A model generated the notes under the pieces. The model searched no databases. It was not told the DNA's origin and was given only the letters and a program-made list of their open reading frames with translations. The position numbers and the translations under genes were made by a program. Source: Harriotta raleighana (lineage: Eukaryota). From it: 64,000 bases of DNA. Below are positions 63,893-64,000 of the stretch, one piece after another; within the stretch, counting starts at the first letter, position 1; each line of letters starts with the position of its first letter. Location: the NCBI GenBank assembly GCA_050575255.1, contig JBNZDD010013718.1:4237644-4301643 (forward strand). Direction: 5' to 3'.

Positions 63893-64000
63893 CAATGATC
63901 CCTCAAGAAAATAACAATAATAGATTACCTATTTCAATCTATCACTGTTTGTGGGACACCGCTGTGCGCAATTGGCTGCTGGGTTTCGCCCACCAACATA
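63893..64000 (+). mobile_element. SINE core, cut by window end
   Basis: atccctcaagaaa...actgtttgtgggacaccgctgtgcgcaattggctgctgggtttcgcccac. Confidence 0.88.

Noticed and set aside
78-64000. Recurrent ~30-bp motif (aatccttgcatttgatatagc...) as a CRISPR-like array
   Set aside because: Dispersed at irregular kb-scale spacing on both strands, degenerate, part of SINE tails; no cas genes

Overview
AT-rich vertebrate non-coding DNA (intronic or intergenic), not prokaryotic. The repeat content points to a cartilaginous fish, most likely a holocephalan (chimaera/elephant shark); this is inferred from remembered repeat families, not from a search. The window holds many tRNA-derived SINE copies with a Deu-like core and L2-type tail, L2 and CR1 LINE 3' ends, an older SacSINE1/DeuSINE-like family, and non-autonomous DNA transposons (hAT, Tigger/pogo, PIF/Harbinger). 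I could not identify any host protein-coding gene; the supplied ORFs are LINE remnants or chance ORFs. Notable items: (1) a heavily decayed LINE reverse-transcriptase fossil at ~28.6-29.7 kb, probably I-group rather than L2/CR1, followed by a degenerate ~660-bp-period duplication that may be RNase H-like; (2) a SINE variant with a swapped L2 tail, and an apparent filled/empty insertion polymorphism captured in the assembly at 19.2-19.5 kb; (3) a dense GATA-site cluster and several enhancer-like TE-free blocks; (4) a few isolated candidate small exons. I found no evidence for a novel multi-gene system, CRISPR array, rRNA or true tRNA gene.
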